A DNA stretch of 62,000 nt from Octopus vulgaris (Eukaryota). The notes beneath the pieces were generated by a model. It did no database searches and had not been told where the DNA came from. It saw nothing but the letters and a program-made list of their open reading frames with translations. The first letter of the stretch is position 1, and the number at the start of each line of letters is the position of its first letter. Location of the stretch: assembly GCA_951406725.2 (NCBI GenBank), contig OX597818.1, positions 27,920,001-27,982,000 on the forward strand, written 5' to 3'. The position numbers and the translations under genes are program-made. Shown here in pieces: positions 10,557-23,220 of the stretch.

Positions 10557-10559
10557 TTT

Positions 10560-10750
10560 GATACTTTGATAGGTTTCGGCCATTATTGGCCCAGGCCATG
10601 TCTAACTTAATAGCACCACCTGGTGAAGTCTTTCAAGTCAGAATTTGGGCACTATGGCCCACTCAAGTAGAGAGTTATTGTTTACAGAGACATATCTGGG
10701 TGTAGGGGGTTTATCCGGGATTTCTTGAAGGAATCTGTCCAAAGACTTCT
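10560..10750 (-). mobile_element. CR1-group LINE extreme 3' end (different family)
   Basis: FKKSLDRFLQEIPDKP, then ggtggtgc..catggcc..stem-loop-GAAAC tail. Confidence 0.65.
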
Positions 10751-11574
10751 TGAACCCTATATATATATATATTTATTTATTTATCATCGATGATGATAAA
10801 TTGTACTTAATAAATGAATATATGGTATACTGTAATGTTTGTTTAATGATAGAAACTAGTACGGTTAAAATTTATAGATAAAAGAGTGATAGATATATAG
10901 GCATGTTTTATATATTACACATTTATGTACACAAAATATGTATACCACTTATGCATTTTATAGCATATTTACATACACTTATAAATAAATATACAAACAT
11001 GTGCACATAGAAACCAATACATTTATATGCACAAAATATATACACCTACATATGCATGCATTTTATATTATACATATACATATATCTTTTATCTTTAATA
11101 TTTTACTGGTTTCAGCCAAATGCTAGGGCCATGCTGGAGCATCATATTTCAGCGTGTTTGGATTTTCTCTCTATAGTGTTTTCAATTAAGTAGCAAGCTG
11201 GATGGAGCTGTTATTCTTTGTGCCTCCTGTAAATCAGACAAAAGGGTTATTGTACACACCAAAACATTCCTAGTGGAGAATGTACTACACACAAAGACAC
11301 AGAAATGAACTGGGAGAAGGAAGATATGGGGTAAAAAGATTCCATAATTCGGAATTGGTCTAGAGAAAGGTTAACTGATGCATATGACCGTAGAGAAAAA
11401 GATTTAGATACTTGTGGCAAAGATGACAACTGAGAATTTCTACAAAATAACCACAGTATTCCTCATAAGACAACATAGGTGCAGGTGTGGCTGCTTGGTT
11501 AAGAATTTTGCTTCCCAAACATAGAATTTCAGATTCAGTTTCACTGCCCAGCAACCTGGGCAAATGTCTTCTAG

Positions 11575-11880
11575 ATTTATATTAGTGATTCTATTTTCTA
11601 CTTGCTACATCTATTATTCATCTGTAATATCAATGTATATTTTGTAGCCTTGGCCCTTGTTGCTAATGTATGATAGACCTGTAATGTATGATAGACGTTG
11701 TGGGCAGTTTTCTTGTAGAAACTGAGTTGCAATATCAATAAAATGTTTAATTTCGATGTCTACATAGTTGTCAATATCATTTATTGCGCCAGATACATAG
11801 TCAGTCTCTCTAATAGCAGTGGTGAGCCTGAGGATATCATCTGCATATCTGAAGAGAAAGCACAGGAGTAGCAAACTCTA
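11575..11880 (-). mobile_element. Probable Penelope-type RT fragment
   Basis: FRYADDIL followed by an IEIKHFIDIATQFL segment resembling the PLE RT C-terminal motifs. Confidence 0.4.
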
Positions 11881-12209
11881 TGTACATTACTTTCCAGTTG
11901 GTCCATATATATATATGATATTTTGTTAAGTTAGCTCAATCAGTACAATGCCTTCTGATTATTGATTTCAATGAAGATAATACTGCTGTATTTTTCATCT
12001 AACTAAAAAATTTATAAACAACATAAAATTGCTGTCACCTCAGTCCTGCAAAAATAGATGTAAGTTAATGGTTATTTTTTCAACATATATTTATGTAAGG
12101 AAGCATGTAACAGATATACATATATACAAAGACACATAGATACATACAGACTAAAATGCAAACATTCATTCATTTATTTATATAATTTTGGTCAATTCTT
12201 CTATTTCAG

Positions 12210-12530
12210 TTTTACCAAAATCAGTCACAATCAAGGCTATTTCAGACACAGTTCCTGTGGAAAATCAGAACAAAAGTTATGAATGCCTTATTAAAGATGC
12301 CAAACCTAGATTTTCAGTTTTCTGGCTGATTACAAGGGAAAATGGAGCACAAGAAAATGCTACAATGAATATTTCAAACAATTCAAGCAAATCAGGAAAG
12401 CTGATCATTTTATCATCAAAATTGACATTAACTCTTCATAAGAGGTTTAAGGAATTACAGTGTGTTGCATATTTACTGGATAAAAGTGGAATTGTTAGTT
12501 ATTCAAAGAAACTAGATATGCTCATAAAAT
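12210..12530 (+). CDS. IgSF receptor, Ig domain 2 exon (C2-like)
   Basis: Acceptor ttctatttcAG, donor GTAAGT at 12531, phase 1-1, 321 nt. LPKSVTI..YECLIKDAKP..VFWL..SKLTL..LQCVA. Confidence 0.85.
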
Positions 12531-13425
12531 GTAAGTTTTTACTTTTTGTTTCTGTAAAGCACAAACAGCAGTTTTGTTCAAAATTTTTATGTGAAATATA
12601 TGTACATTTTAAAAATCATATCTAACACAATAATGCAATTACTCAACTTAAACAGTTTTGGAAAGATTTGTTTTTTGTTATACTGTATCACTGGTTGCTT
12701 ATGACTTAATAGAGCTCAAAATATATGAGGTCATTTCTGTAATTTGCTTAAATTTACTAAAGCATTTGCTTCATTGAGTTCTAATTTCTAGTGTAAGATA
12801 CATAACCAAAATATAAATGTGTTCTTTACCAATGTATGTATATTTTGTCAACTCCAAGCCTGCTCCCTTCTCTTTACCTTCAGCTTGTAATAACTTTGCA
12901 TTGTTGTTCTTGAGAATATTAGACATGTTTTTGTACACCTGTAGCTCACTTTAGTGTTGATATTTCTGAACAACCTTTGGGATATATGACCATTTGGTAA
13001 ATTTTTCTCTGTTTAGGAAGGAAAATGTAAAAAAAGAAAACCACGATTTATTCTGCAATGTTATATAGTGGATTATACCATGTCATAAGGTCTTTTCACT
13101 GTGAGTTTTGCATCATTGTTAGATGGTGCTGGTATATATTTTATTCTTTCTTTAGATTGCTTGCTTCATAGATTCTTGCTGCAGTACTCTATAGCCCTGT
13201 TGAAGATAGCATTAGAGGGAAGATAATGAGCTTGATGGCATTTAGTAGTTGGTTACATTCTATATGGATGTACAATATGGTGTTATTTGTTTCTTCTAAC
13301 AGCTTTTCAGTTTCAAGCTCAGGTTAAACAGAAAAACCAGAATGTTTACCATTGTAAGGTGTTAAATGGAATGTTGTAATTATTAATATTTGTATATAAT
13401 GTATTTGTATATGAGCACATAAATA

Positions 13426-13483
<58 letters not shown>

Positions 13484-13862
13484 GACGGGAATAAAAAGGT
13501 TGTAAATACACTGAGGGTGTATAAGAAGATTTATTACATTTAAATTGATTCACATTTGTACAATTTTCCAAAGAAAAATATCTGAGAAGCATGGAGCTGT
13601 GTTGCAAACTTTATCATTTCTGGTGTTACCAGCTCTCTTGTGTTTCATAATTGGTTTAGCATCTGGACAATCTCCACTTGTTGGGTGTTCACTGCTGTTG
13701 CCCAAGTTCCTTTGGTACAGTTCTGAAATTGATTAATATTTTTGGTCAGGATTGGGAATTTATAAGATATCCTTTTCAGCATACAAACTAATATTCATTG
13801 CACAATATAATTTTTATAAACTAAAATAGACCAATATGTCTAAAATTTTCCTGTTAGTTCAA

Positions 13863-14170
13863 CTATCTGTCACGTTTGCTTGGAAGCCCAAAATAGTGGA
13901 GGGTAGTCGGTAATATTTGAACATCGAAAACTTCTTCTACTCCAAATGACTCAAACTGGAAAATCAGCAATAAAAAACCTCTGCATTTGAATTTTTCAAT
14001 GGAAAAAGCTTTGTGCACAGTATGTAACAGTAATTGAGATGACTGAGCATCAATATTCATTCAGAATTTGTGTAAGGTGTACTTGAGCTTCCCTGTATGC
14101 ACAAATTTCAATCATTGTGTAAGATGGCTGTTGAGCGTGAATAGTTATTACAATGGTACGTACGAGGTCA
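13863..14170 (+). pseudogene. Possible decayed RING-H2 finger fragment
   Basis: CTVC (14014), LELPCMHKF (14082, shifted frame), HCVRWL..NSYYNGTYEV. Contains stops and two frameshifts. Confidence 0.25.
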
Positions 14171-14233
14171 TCAGTTTTTGTGGTGGTTAAGGGTCACTGG
14201 CTTTTGTTCAAAGATCTAGGGTCTCCCTTGGTT

Positions 14234-14821
14234 GGATTTATTCCATCTCAATCACAGATTTTTCAATCAATTTTTTTTTAACTAAGCAGTTTGAAACTTA
14301 GGATACTGGTAGAATTTCTCATGTAGAACAAGGTTTACTCTGAATGTTTTGGACAAAATTTCATATTTTAGAAGATATTTTGAAACTACATATACGTCAA
14401 CAACAAAAAAACTTGCTGCGAACTCATTGCTCAATAGGTCTTTTAAACACTGGCATGCTTAATGTGTGTATAAAACACCAATGTCAGGTAAACAAATAAA
14501 TATATGTAAATATTTCTTCCTTCTTGGTGTTGATTCTTTGAACAGAATGATGACATTTAGTAGAGATGACCCGGAAGTTGTTCCTCTTCAATTACTATCA
14601 TAAACAGCAGTAGCTTTCTTGAACCGAATACACATAATTGATTGGTTGAAATTACCAAAATATGACAACTTTAGCATGAAATAACTTCTAAAATATGAAA
14701 TTTTGTCAAAAATGTTCAGAGTAAACCATGTTCTACGTGAGAAATTCTACCAGTATTCGAAGTTTCAAACTGTTTAGTTAAAAAAATTAATTAAAAATCT
14801 GTGACTGAGATGGAAAAGATC
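14234..14821. mobile_element. Non-autonomous TIR element, 9-bp TSD (Merlin/MULE-type)
   Basis: TSD CCCTTGGTT at 14225-33 and 14822-30. About 140-bp imperfect TIRs ending GGATTTATTCCATCTC / GAGATGGAAAAGATCC. Confidence 0.85.
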
Positions 14822-14949
14822 CCCTTGGTTTTAGTAAAGAATGCTGTAAGTACAAATACAAATCACATACACATCTCCATCTCTACACATATACACACTC
14901 CCTGGTTATACAAGTCACTCACAAACTAAACAAACACCAATCCCACAGT

Positions 14950-15790
14950 ATTTATCTCATTTCATCTAGGTCATCCCATAGGATGCTCCAAGAGTATTTC
15001 CACACATTTTCCCTATTCATCTCGTCTTCCATAATGGTCCTTAGCTCCTGTACCCCTTCCATACCAGTATCCTCCTGTAAGTTGTAGATATAGGTCGTTT
15101 TCCTCCTTCCTCTCTTGGTTCTTCCTTCTATTGGTTTCCTGAGCACTAGCTTGTTAGCAATTTCATCAATGTGTCTGATGTAATGTCCAGCTAACCTCAT
15201 CCTTCTATGCTGTACCTTCAATATTACTTTTGATAGTCCCTGGTATAAGTTGGCGTTTGTTATATGACTCTTCCAGGAGAAATTGAGTACCATTCTAAGA
15301 ATCCTTGTATAACAACCGTCCAACTGGATCTTCACTGCTTTAGTGAGCATCCATGTTTTAGCCCCATATAGAAGAACAGACTCCACTGTTGCCAGAAACA
15401 AACTCACTTTCAATTTCCTTGCTAACTTTGAACTCCATACCTTTCTCAATTTATGGCATGTGTTCCAGGCAGGAGCTTTCCTTGCTACGATGTCTTTTTC
15501 AGTAATTTGTGCCCATGCACCAAGGTATTTGAAATTTTCAACTACCTTCAGTGACTTACCGTCTCTCCCTTTCACTGACCCAAGCATTTCATGGTTGAAT
15601 ACTTGCAGCTCTGTTTTGTTTGCATTACAGTACAATCCTACCTTCCCCGATTCCCACTCTAATCTGCTCAGCACCTCCAGTGCCTAATCTGTCCTCTTTG
15701 TGAGTAATGCCAGGTCATCAGTACAATCTAGGTTAATTACTGTTACTGCTTGATGCCATCTGCTTCTTTGCCTATGCAGTTTGAATCTCA
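14950..15790 (-). mobile_element. RTE-clade RT C-terminal fragment (second family)
   Basis: GLYCNANKTE..VENFKYLGAW..VESVLLYGAKTW..RMRLAGH. Confidence 0.88.
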
Positions 15791-16165
15791 GATCTTCTTT
15801 CTTGCCTTCATACAAATTAAATTAATAATGATGATATTGATGTTGACAATGATGATAAAGATTATTCTCTGTTGCTTCCATCAATCTTTAGCAAAAAACC
15901 ACAATGGCTAGCTCAAATCCTGAGGTAAGAGCTGCAAGCACAGAGTGAAAGTAAGAAACAGTTTTAAAAAGAACTGACGTGATGCTTATGAATGTCAGTG
16001 CTTATACATTGCTTTGGTATTCTTTCGTTTTGTGTAGCTGATTTGTAAACAAACTACTTTGGTAATTTCTTTGAGCACATGTTGTCTTGTCAGTTGCTTG
16101 TTTGTTCTGTTTGACATGTGTAGAGGAGGAAGCTAATGGGCTGTACGTTTGTGTGTGCTTGTTAT

Positions 16166-16214
<49 letters not shown>

Positions 16215-16628
16215 TGTTCTGTTTTTATGTATTTAGTTATGTGGAATGTAGATATAACAAAAACAATGTCGCATTTTAAACTTGGAGAAAAAAATAAGTG
16301 CTTCATGTGTGTATGTAAAATTTGTAAATTTCCAAGCAGAAAACGAGATCAGTTTCGAAAACGCTGTAACAGTTATGTGTTTTTCTTTTTTATACCAAAG
16401 AACCAAAATATTGTAACATGTATCAAAGGACCGAAGTCAAAGAACAGAAATACTGCAACATGCATGAAGAAAAGGAAGAAATGTAAATTAACACTTACCA
16501 TTGATGAAAGGAAATATGAAAGAAAGAAATATGAATGACATGAATTTCTATTAATTTTTAATGTTAAATTAAAGAAGATCTGTGGGACTATACAACACAT
16601 GCTCACGGAAATTGTGACTAATAAAAGG

Positions 16629-16630
<2 letters not shown>

Positions 16631-16680
<50 letters not shown>

Positions 16681-16699
16681 TTAATCATCATCATCATCA

Positions 16700-16749
<50 letters not shown>

Positions 16750-16770
16750 GTTGTTGTTGTTGTTGTTGTT
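16631..16770. repeat. Compound microsatellite (TAA)n(CAT)n(TTA)n(TTG)n
   Basis: Direct reading. Other large SSRs: (CATA)n 372-455 and 26714-26785, (CA)n 13428-13480, (ATT)n 18333-18410, (GA)n 39900-39950, (GAT)n 56884-56997, (TATG)n 61808-61900, and many (TA)n. Confidence 0.97.
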
Positions 16771-16975
16771 AAAGCGGTGAGTTGATAGAATCACTACCAT
16801 GCTAGGCAAAGTGCTGAGCAACATTTCATCTATGTTTATGCTCTGAGTTCAAATTCCATCAATGCTGATTTTGCCTTCCATCCTTTTGGGATCAATAAAA
16901 TGAGTACTAGTTGAGCACCAGGGTTGATGTAATTGATTTACTCTCCCACGAAATTGCTGGCTTTCAGCCAAAATT
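16770..16975 (+). mobile_element. tRNA-derived SINE family B (also 18715-18910 +, 54525-54735 +, 61610-61780 -)
   Basis: ggtgagctggcagaa..ctgagttcaaatt..ctttgcctttcat..aaattaagtaccag shared across copies. Confidence 0.85.
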
Positions 16976-17007
16976 TGATTATTATTACTATTATAATTAT
17001 TATTATT

Positions 17008-18332
17008 CATATACACACAACAGATTAAACTGTTGGAAAAGAAAAATTCCTAACATCAGGCTAAAACAAGTAACCTTAAATAACAAGAATCTTCCTAAGT
17101 ATCCTAGCTGTCCTTAATAATACTGTTTTCTGGAGTTGTACCAAACTGGGTTTTATGCCTTTTTGCCTCACATTACCTGTTCAAATCTTTAGGGATAGTT
17201 CCCAATGCACCTATAACTACTGTGATGCATTTTACCCACACTTTCCATAGTCTCTGTAATTCAATGGCTAGCTCCTGGTACTTTCTGTTCTTCTGGTTGT
17301 CAAAGTGCTCATAAAGGCTTTCTGAAAGCATTCCTATTAACAGCTTCCACACTAATGGTAAGCAAGTGATTGGTCTATAATTGCTGGCTGTATTACCCTT
17401 GATTTTGTCTTTCATAAGGAGTATTGTACTCCTAATAGTCATCCAATCTGGTATTATTCCTCCACTAAGACAATCTTGAAGTTGTTCCCTCCGCTTCTCA
17501 TGCAAACTACTAAATTCTTTTAACCTTTAGGCGCAGGAGTGGCTGTGTGGTAAGTAGCTTGCTTACGAACCACATGCTTCTAGGTTCAGTCCCACTGCGT
17601 GCACCTTGGGCAAGTGTCTTCTACTATAGCCTGTGGCCAAGCAAAGCCTTGTGAGTGAATTTGGTAGATGGAAACTGAAAGAAGCCTGTATATATATGTA
17701 TATGTATATATGTGTGTGTGTTTGTGTGTGTGTGTTTGTTCCCCTAACATCGCTTGACAACCAATGCTGGTGTGTTTACGTGCCCGTAACTTAGTGGTTC
17801 GGCAAAACAGACCAATGGAATAAGTACTAGGCTTACAAAGAATAAGTTCTGGGGTAGATTTGCTTGACTAAAGGTGGTGCTCCAACATGGCTGCAGTCAA
17901 ATGACTGAAACAAGTAAAAGAGTAAAAGAGTAAAAGAGTACCCTTGAGCTAAATCTGTTCGTGGGCCCTTCCAATTTGGCATTTTTCCAAACATTTTACT
18001 CATTAATGCACTTAGTTGGTCTTAGATCTGGCTGCTTCTCACCCACTATTTCTTCCCTCACTTTCTTTAACCATACTGCATCTCCATTATTATTGACTGG
18101 CTTATCCCAAATATTACTCCAGAGCTTTCTAGCTTCTTCTACATTAGGTTTCTCATCTTCAATACTTTCTTTTTTGATGTTTATATGGTTATAATATCTC
18201 TTCTGGTCTGTCTCAAATAATCTGTTCTGTTGATACTGATCTATTCATTTCTGATATCTGGAAAGCTTGCCTGCTACTGCTATGATATAGTTTCAACTCT
18301 TGTATAACTGTCCCAAATCCTTTCTCATTGAC

Positions 18333-18333
<1 letters not shown>
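17008..18333 (-). mobile_element. R4/Dong element, internally deleted, split by a SINE
   Basis: SNYRPITCLPLVWKL fused to KYQELAIELQRLW..VIGALG. (AAT)n tracts on both sides. Confidence 0.8.
17530..17940 (+). mobile_element. tRNA-derived SINE family A, full-length (also 23565-23990 -, 55708-56095 +; partial 985-1035, 7255-7425, 11103-11145, 11476-11575)
   Basis: A/B boxes, CORE-like accttgggcaagt, internal (TA/TG)n, CR1-like tail, (GTAAAAGA)n end. Confidence 0.9.
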
Positions 18334-18404
<71 letters not shown>

Positions 18405-19374
18405 CATTATTATCATCATCTTCTTTCAATTCTGTTTCCATTTCTTGCTGAGTCTTCCTGACACCTAGGACAGAGAAACGCACTGTATACATTGGTAGGC
18501 CATTAAAAAACACACCAAATTGCCCATTTACAAAATCATGTGATAGAGAAAAAGGGAAGAAAGACAGAGATAAAAAAGACAGAAATAAAAAAGTAAACAA
18601 AGAAAATAAAGGGGAAAAGAGAAAGAAAATTCACAGTGACAATGCTCTTCTCAATATGTGTGACATACCAGTTAAGACAATCTTTTGAACTTCCTGTATG
18701 GATGGTAAGCCAGGGATCAAGCATGCTGGACAAAATACTTAGCAGTATTTCACCCATCGCTACATTCCAAGTTCAAATTCTACCAAGGTCGACTTTGCCT
18801 TTCATTCTTTTGGGTCAATAAATTAAGTACCAGTGAAACACTGGGGTTGATGTTATCGACTAGTCCCCTTCCCCCAGATTTCAGGCCTTGTGCCTTTAGT
18901 AGAAAGGATTATTATTATTATTATTATTACTATTATTATTGTTATGGCTGCCATACTGTAGAGTCATGGAAATAGGAGCTCCATAAGTTGAAAAAGTGTT
19001 TGTAATCTTTTTGACCTTCTAAAGCCCTGTGTTTTCATTTTTATTGCTACCACTGCATTTCTGAGTTTGTATGGGCTGTGCAGATAGTATTTTTGTGTAG
19101 AAACACCCCCTGATTTGCAATGGGTGTGCATCAATAATTTTAAAAATTTAACTACTTTTGGCAAAAGCAAATATTTTGCAATTTTCTTTAATTATTTAAA
19201 GATGGTTGATACTTAAGCCATCATAATGTTTGACAAAAGAACGTGTTCCTCATCGGTAGAAAAAAGTGAGAAAAAGAATATCAAATGGCCTAAACTTAAT
19301 GCCATTAGTGAAACAAGAATCTCCGGAAAACATGCTCTAGCATCCATTTTCAAGGACTATGAGATATTTTAATC

Positions 19375-20897
19375 TTGTGATCTATTGGGAGTGGGTGGCA
19401 GTGTAGCAGTGCGACTCTGGAAATTCTTAGATCTCCAAGTACAGGCTATCTTCTTGGACCCAGATAGTAGGGTGATGGCTCTTGATATGAATGACAGCAA
19501 AGGTGGTGCCTTTAGACTTTTAGTGGTTTATGCCCCAACAGGGGCTGGAAGGTCAGATTTCTTCAGGCATCTAGAAACATTCTTGGGAATGTTTTGCACT
19601 TTAGTACTAGTAGGGATTGGAATAGTATTTTGGATGCACGGATTAGTGAACTAGTTAAGCAGCAGTTAACAGGGACTATTGTCAACTATGCGTTGGCTCA
19701 CTCTGAAGAGAATGATTAGAGTAGAATTGATAGCATTTACCAAAGATTTAGCAATAGAAAGAAATAGATTAGAAGGATAACTAGTTTGTAAATCAGAAGT
19801 AGCTATTAGTAAAGGCACCGTGAGCGATGTGTTAGTGGTGAGAATGTCCCTTGACCATTTCTTTGAGGTAAAACATAAAGGATATGTTGTCAGAGCTAAG
19901 GCCTGTGTGCTAAAACATAAAGGAACTGAAGCCATCCAATGAGCATGAATGGTAGAAACACGACGTGGAAACAAAACCTCGATCAAGTTTTTGACGGATC
20001 AGGATGGACTCATGCTACTCAGTTCTGAACAGATGCATGCAGCTTTCCAGCAGTTCTTTGTATGGTTGTTTGGGGAGAGTGATGGGTCAACGATGGTATC
20101 AGACTTTACTTCATACACAGATGACCTACCATGGCTCTCAGTAATGGATGCGAAGTTCTGCATAAAGTTGATTACAGCCACTGAATTATGGGAGGTGATG
20201 AGCGATTGTATAAGTTGCAAATTGCCCAGTTTGGATGGTCTGCCCTACAAATTCTGTTTTCACATCAGATTTGTTTGGCAGATGTCTGCAATAACTAGCA
20301 GCAGAATGGTAGAATTTTTAGTGCCATTTGCTGGGATGTGATAACACTGCTGAGAAAGGACACTGATAATGGGGATATGCTAGGGCATTTTTGGCCCATA
20401 ACTCTGCTAAACACAGTGTTTAAAATTTTAGATAAGGTGTTAGCAAAAAGGTTAGCAATTGTCGTTGGTAGTATGGTTGGGATGGCACAAACATGCATAA
20501 TCCCAAGCAGGTCTATCCACAACAACTTCCACCTTATGCAATACATCATAGAGAGGGCTGGGACTAAAGCTGGTTTTGGTGGGTCCTGCACAATTTAGAT
20601 AATTCAGAAGCTTTTGAGAGGGTAGACCATCACTACTTGGAAGCTATCCTTAAAGCATCTGGTTTCAGTACCGTTTTCAGAGGCTGAATTACTGCTCAGT
20701 GATCAACATAAAAGGACATCTATCGGAACCGTTTAGTATCGCACGTTCAGTCTGTCTGGGCTGCTTGCTGTCACCTCTTCTGTATGTACTGGCTCTTGAA
20801 CCTCTGCTGCAGAAGTTGGAACAGTTAAGAGGGCTCCCTTTTGAAATTGGATTCAGAAAAGCAGTGTCAGTGTATGCAGACGACATCACTGAAATTC
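19375..20897 (+). mobile_element. L1/Tx1-clade LINE relic (APE + RT to YADD), internally deleted
   Basis: FRLLVVYAPTG..DFFRHL, PITLLNTVFKIL..KRL, SVCLGCLLSPLLYVLALEP..VSVYADDIT. Confidence 0.85.
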
Positions 20898-20901
20898 ATA
20901 G

Positions 20902-21156
20902 ATTCTCCAGAAAAAGATACCATGACATTAAATGTTTTTGGAGGAAAAGTATATGCTGATACTCCAACCAAATTCCAGTGTAGTTGGAAAGGTGGTCATC
21001 CACCAACAAGTGTAACCCTGATGTATAAAAATATATCAAATACTAGTAAAGAAGATGAACTTAATGTGATACCTTCCAAAGCTCATCAAACAGTAAAGTG
21101 TCTGGGCATTCATATGGCAGCAAATGTGTCTTGTGAAAAGAATTTTACTATTTATT
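20902..21156 (+). CDS. IgSF receptor, Ig domain 3 exon
   Basis: Acceptor ttcatAG at 20900-20901. FQCSWKGGHPPTSVTL..VKCLG..CEKNFTIY. Phase 1 continuity with the next exon requires the GC donor GCGAGT at 21157. 255 nt. Confidence 0.75.
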
Positions 21157-21849
21157 GCGAGTATAAATGAAGCATCTTGTGAAAATTTTAATCTTCTGTC
21201 TTCATTTTCTTTTTTAAATTCAAATATGAGAAAATTATTGAAATCTAAGTCTTTTGTAAATGTTGGTTTGGCTGTAGATTTTTGAGTGAAAGAAACAATA
21301 AACTGTTGTAGTGAAAATGGTTCACCCCTTCCCACATGATAAAGTGGTATGAGTAGCCACTATAAAGTCAGACAGTCAGTCGTTGTAGGAGGTCAGTAGT
21401 AGTAGAGTCATACGAGTTTTCAGTTGGAGTCTGTTATGTGTCACTTATGTGATATATACAAATTCGAGTTACCATCAAGGTAGACGTTTCAAAGTCATTG
21501 CCTTGAGGATCAATCAGTGATAGCATGATAGACGAGTCAAAGATAATAAAACATGGAATACTTCCACAACATAATAGTGGCAACAAGAATATTACAGTGC
21601 CACTAACAACATACAAGTGGACAAGGATCCACATTATAACATAAACAATATTCTGTGATACCAAAATGGGTGCGAGTTGTATTATACTTATACGAGTTAT
21701 ATCTAATTGTATTGTTGGAATTTGTGAGTGGTTTTATCACATAAGTTGAAAATTCAGAGGTAATAAACTTCTGGTCAAATTCTGATATAAATATTATTGT
21801 ATGGTTAGATATTTGGGAGTTTTTAAAATTTTATTTGAGAATAGCGATA

Positions 21850-22400
21850 AGTAATTAGAGGGATGTCAAGTTGCTGGTCTAGGTTATCTAAACCAGAAAA
21901 AGTGTTATGGCTCAATTGATTAGGAAGAGATTTAACCTAGATGAGATGCAATTAAGCAGTGTACCAGAAAGACGTATTACTGATGTCATATTCCTAGTGA
22001 AAGAACTGCAGAAGTACCTGGCTAAAAGTAAGCTACTGTACCTGGCATTTGTTGACCTGGAGAAAGCTTTTGACAGAGTTTACTCATTTGGTGATCTAAT
22101 AATCATTGATGAAGCTAGGAGTAGATGAATGGACTCATGTGAGCCTTACAAGCCAAATATAGGGGTGCTGTCAGCAAGATGAGAATTAATAATAAGTACA
22201 GTGTTGAATGCTTAGTAACTTTCTAGTTATCAAAGACTTCTAAGAGAGTTTAAGACAGGGTGTGCATTGGAATTTTTATAAGTTAATGTTCTTGGTCTTA
22301 CAGTTGAAACTACTATTGTAGGATTAGAAAACAATTACAGGTGTGAAAGTAAACCTGGAATCAAAGGGCCTCAGCAACTTGGCAAACATTAAAGTCTAAG
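21850..22400 (+). mobile_element. Degenerate RTE RT fragment
   Basis: LDEMQL..LQKYLAKSKLLYLAFVDLEKAFDRV. Confidence 0.75.
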
Positions 22401-22965
22401 TAAATCAGAAAACTTACAAGACCCTTCTTCCATCTGGAAAATTACCTCATTTGATATATAAAACAGGGATGGGTGGAAATTTGATACAGTGTACTCAATG
22501 ACCCTACATCTCACTGTAGTAACTCTTCAAAAATTGACGAATGTTTCATTAACTATAGGGTCATATTCAAATTGCTCCAAGGTTATGGGTTTGTGGTGGT
22601 TTAGATCCCTAGCTCTATCTTACTATGATATTCTGTATGAGAAAACAAGTTCAATGACAATCTTAAAATCTGAAGACTTACAGGATATGAACAGGAATAT
22701 ATTTTATGAAATAAAAGCAAACAGGGAGAAATGAAAAAAAACCTCAATGCAGTAGCAAGTGCTTCAGTTGTTTGCACACCACAAGATTGAATGGAACTTA
22801 GTGAAGCAAGCCAGCACTCTTGTGGCATTACCATGGGCACGTTTATGTATTACTATAACCATGTTATTTATAAATTTATTTTTGAAATGTGTATGGAACT
22901 GAAATTTTGAATGAATTTTTATCGTATTTTCTAAACTGAAACTGCTTTCTGATTTTTTTTTTAAG

Positions 22966-23220
22966 ATCCTCCTCAAGTAAACATTCATATTTCAAATGAG
23001 ACAAATAATACTTTACAAATTAATTGCACTGTATTTGATGGAAATCCAGCAAATTATGAATACAAACTGAAGCAAAAATGGAGTAATACCACTAAGAATA
23101 CTTATAATATAAAAGTATTATCTATAAACAATCCTTCCTTCAGTAATACTGGTACATGGGAGTGTCATGTAAGCAATGAATATTTTCATGTGAGTAAATC
23201 CTCAAACTACAAAATTCCAG
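22966..23220 (+). CDS. IgSF receptor, Ig domain 4 exon (not in the ORF track)
   Basis: Acceptor tttttttttaAG. Manual translation (Y)PPQVNIHISNETNNTLQINCTVFDGNPANYEY..SFSNTGTWECHVSNEYFHVSKSSNYKIP. Donor CAG|GCAAGT at 23221, phase 1-1, 255 nt. Confidence 0.85.

Noticed and set aside
10565-10600. GGCCA-ataa-TGGCC-GAAAC on the - strand as a hammerhead
   Set aside because: No CTGANGA or NUH. It follows a CR1 ORF end and matches the LINE/SINE 3' stem-loop.
20909-20911. Alternative acceptor ttctccAG for exon 3
   Set aside because: It joins T from exon 2 to AA, creating a TAA stop.
21470-21525. CTGATTGA ... GAAAC-GTC on the - strand
   Set aside because: Stem II does not pair and stem I is displaced by 5 nt; at most a heavily decayed relic.
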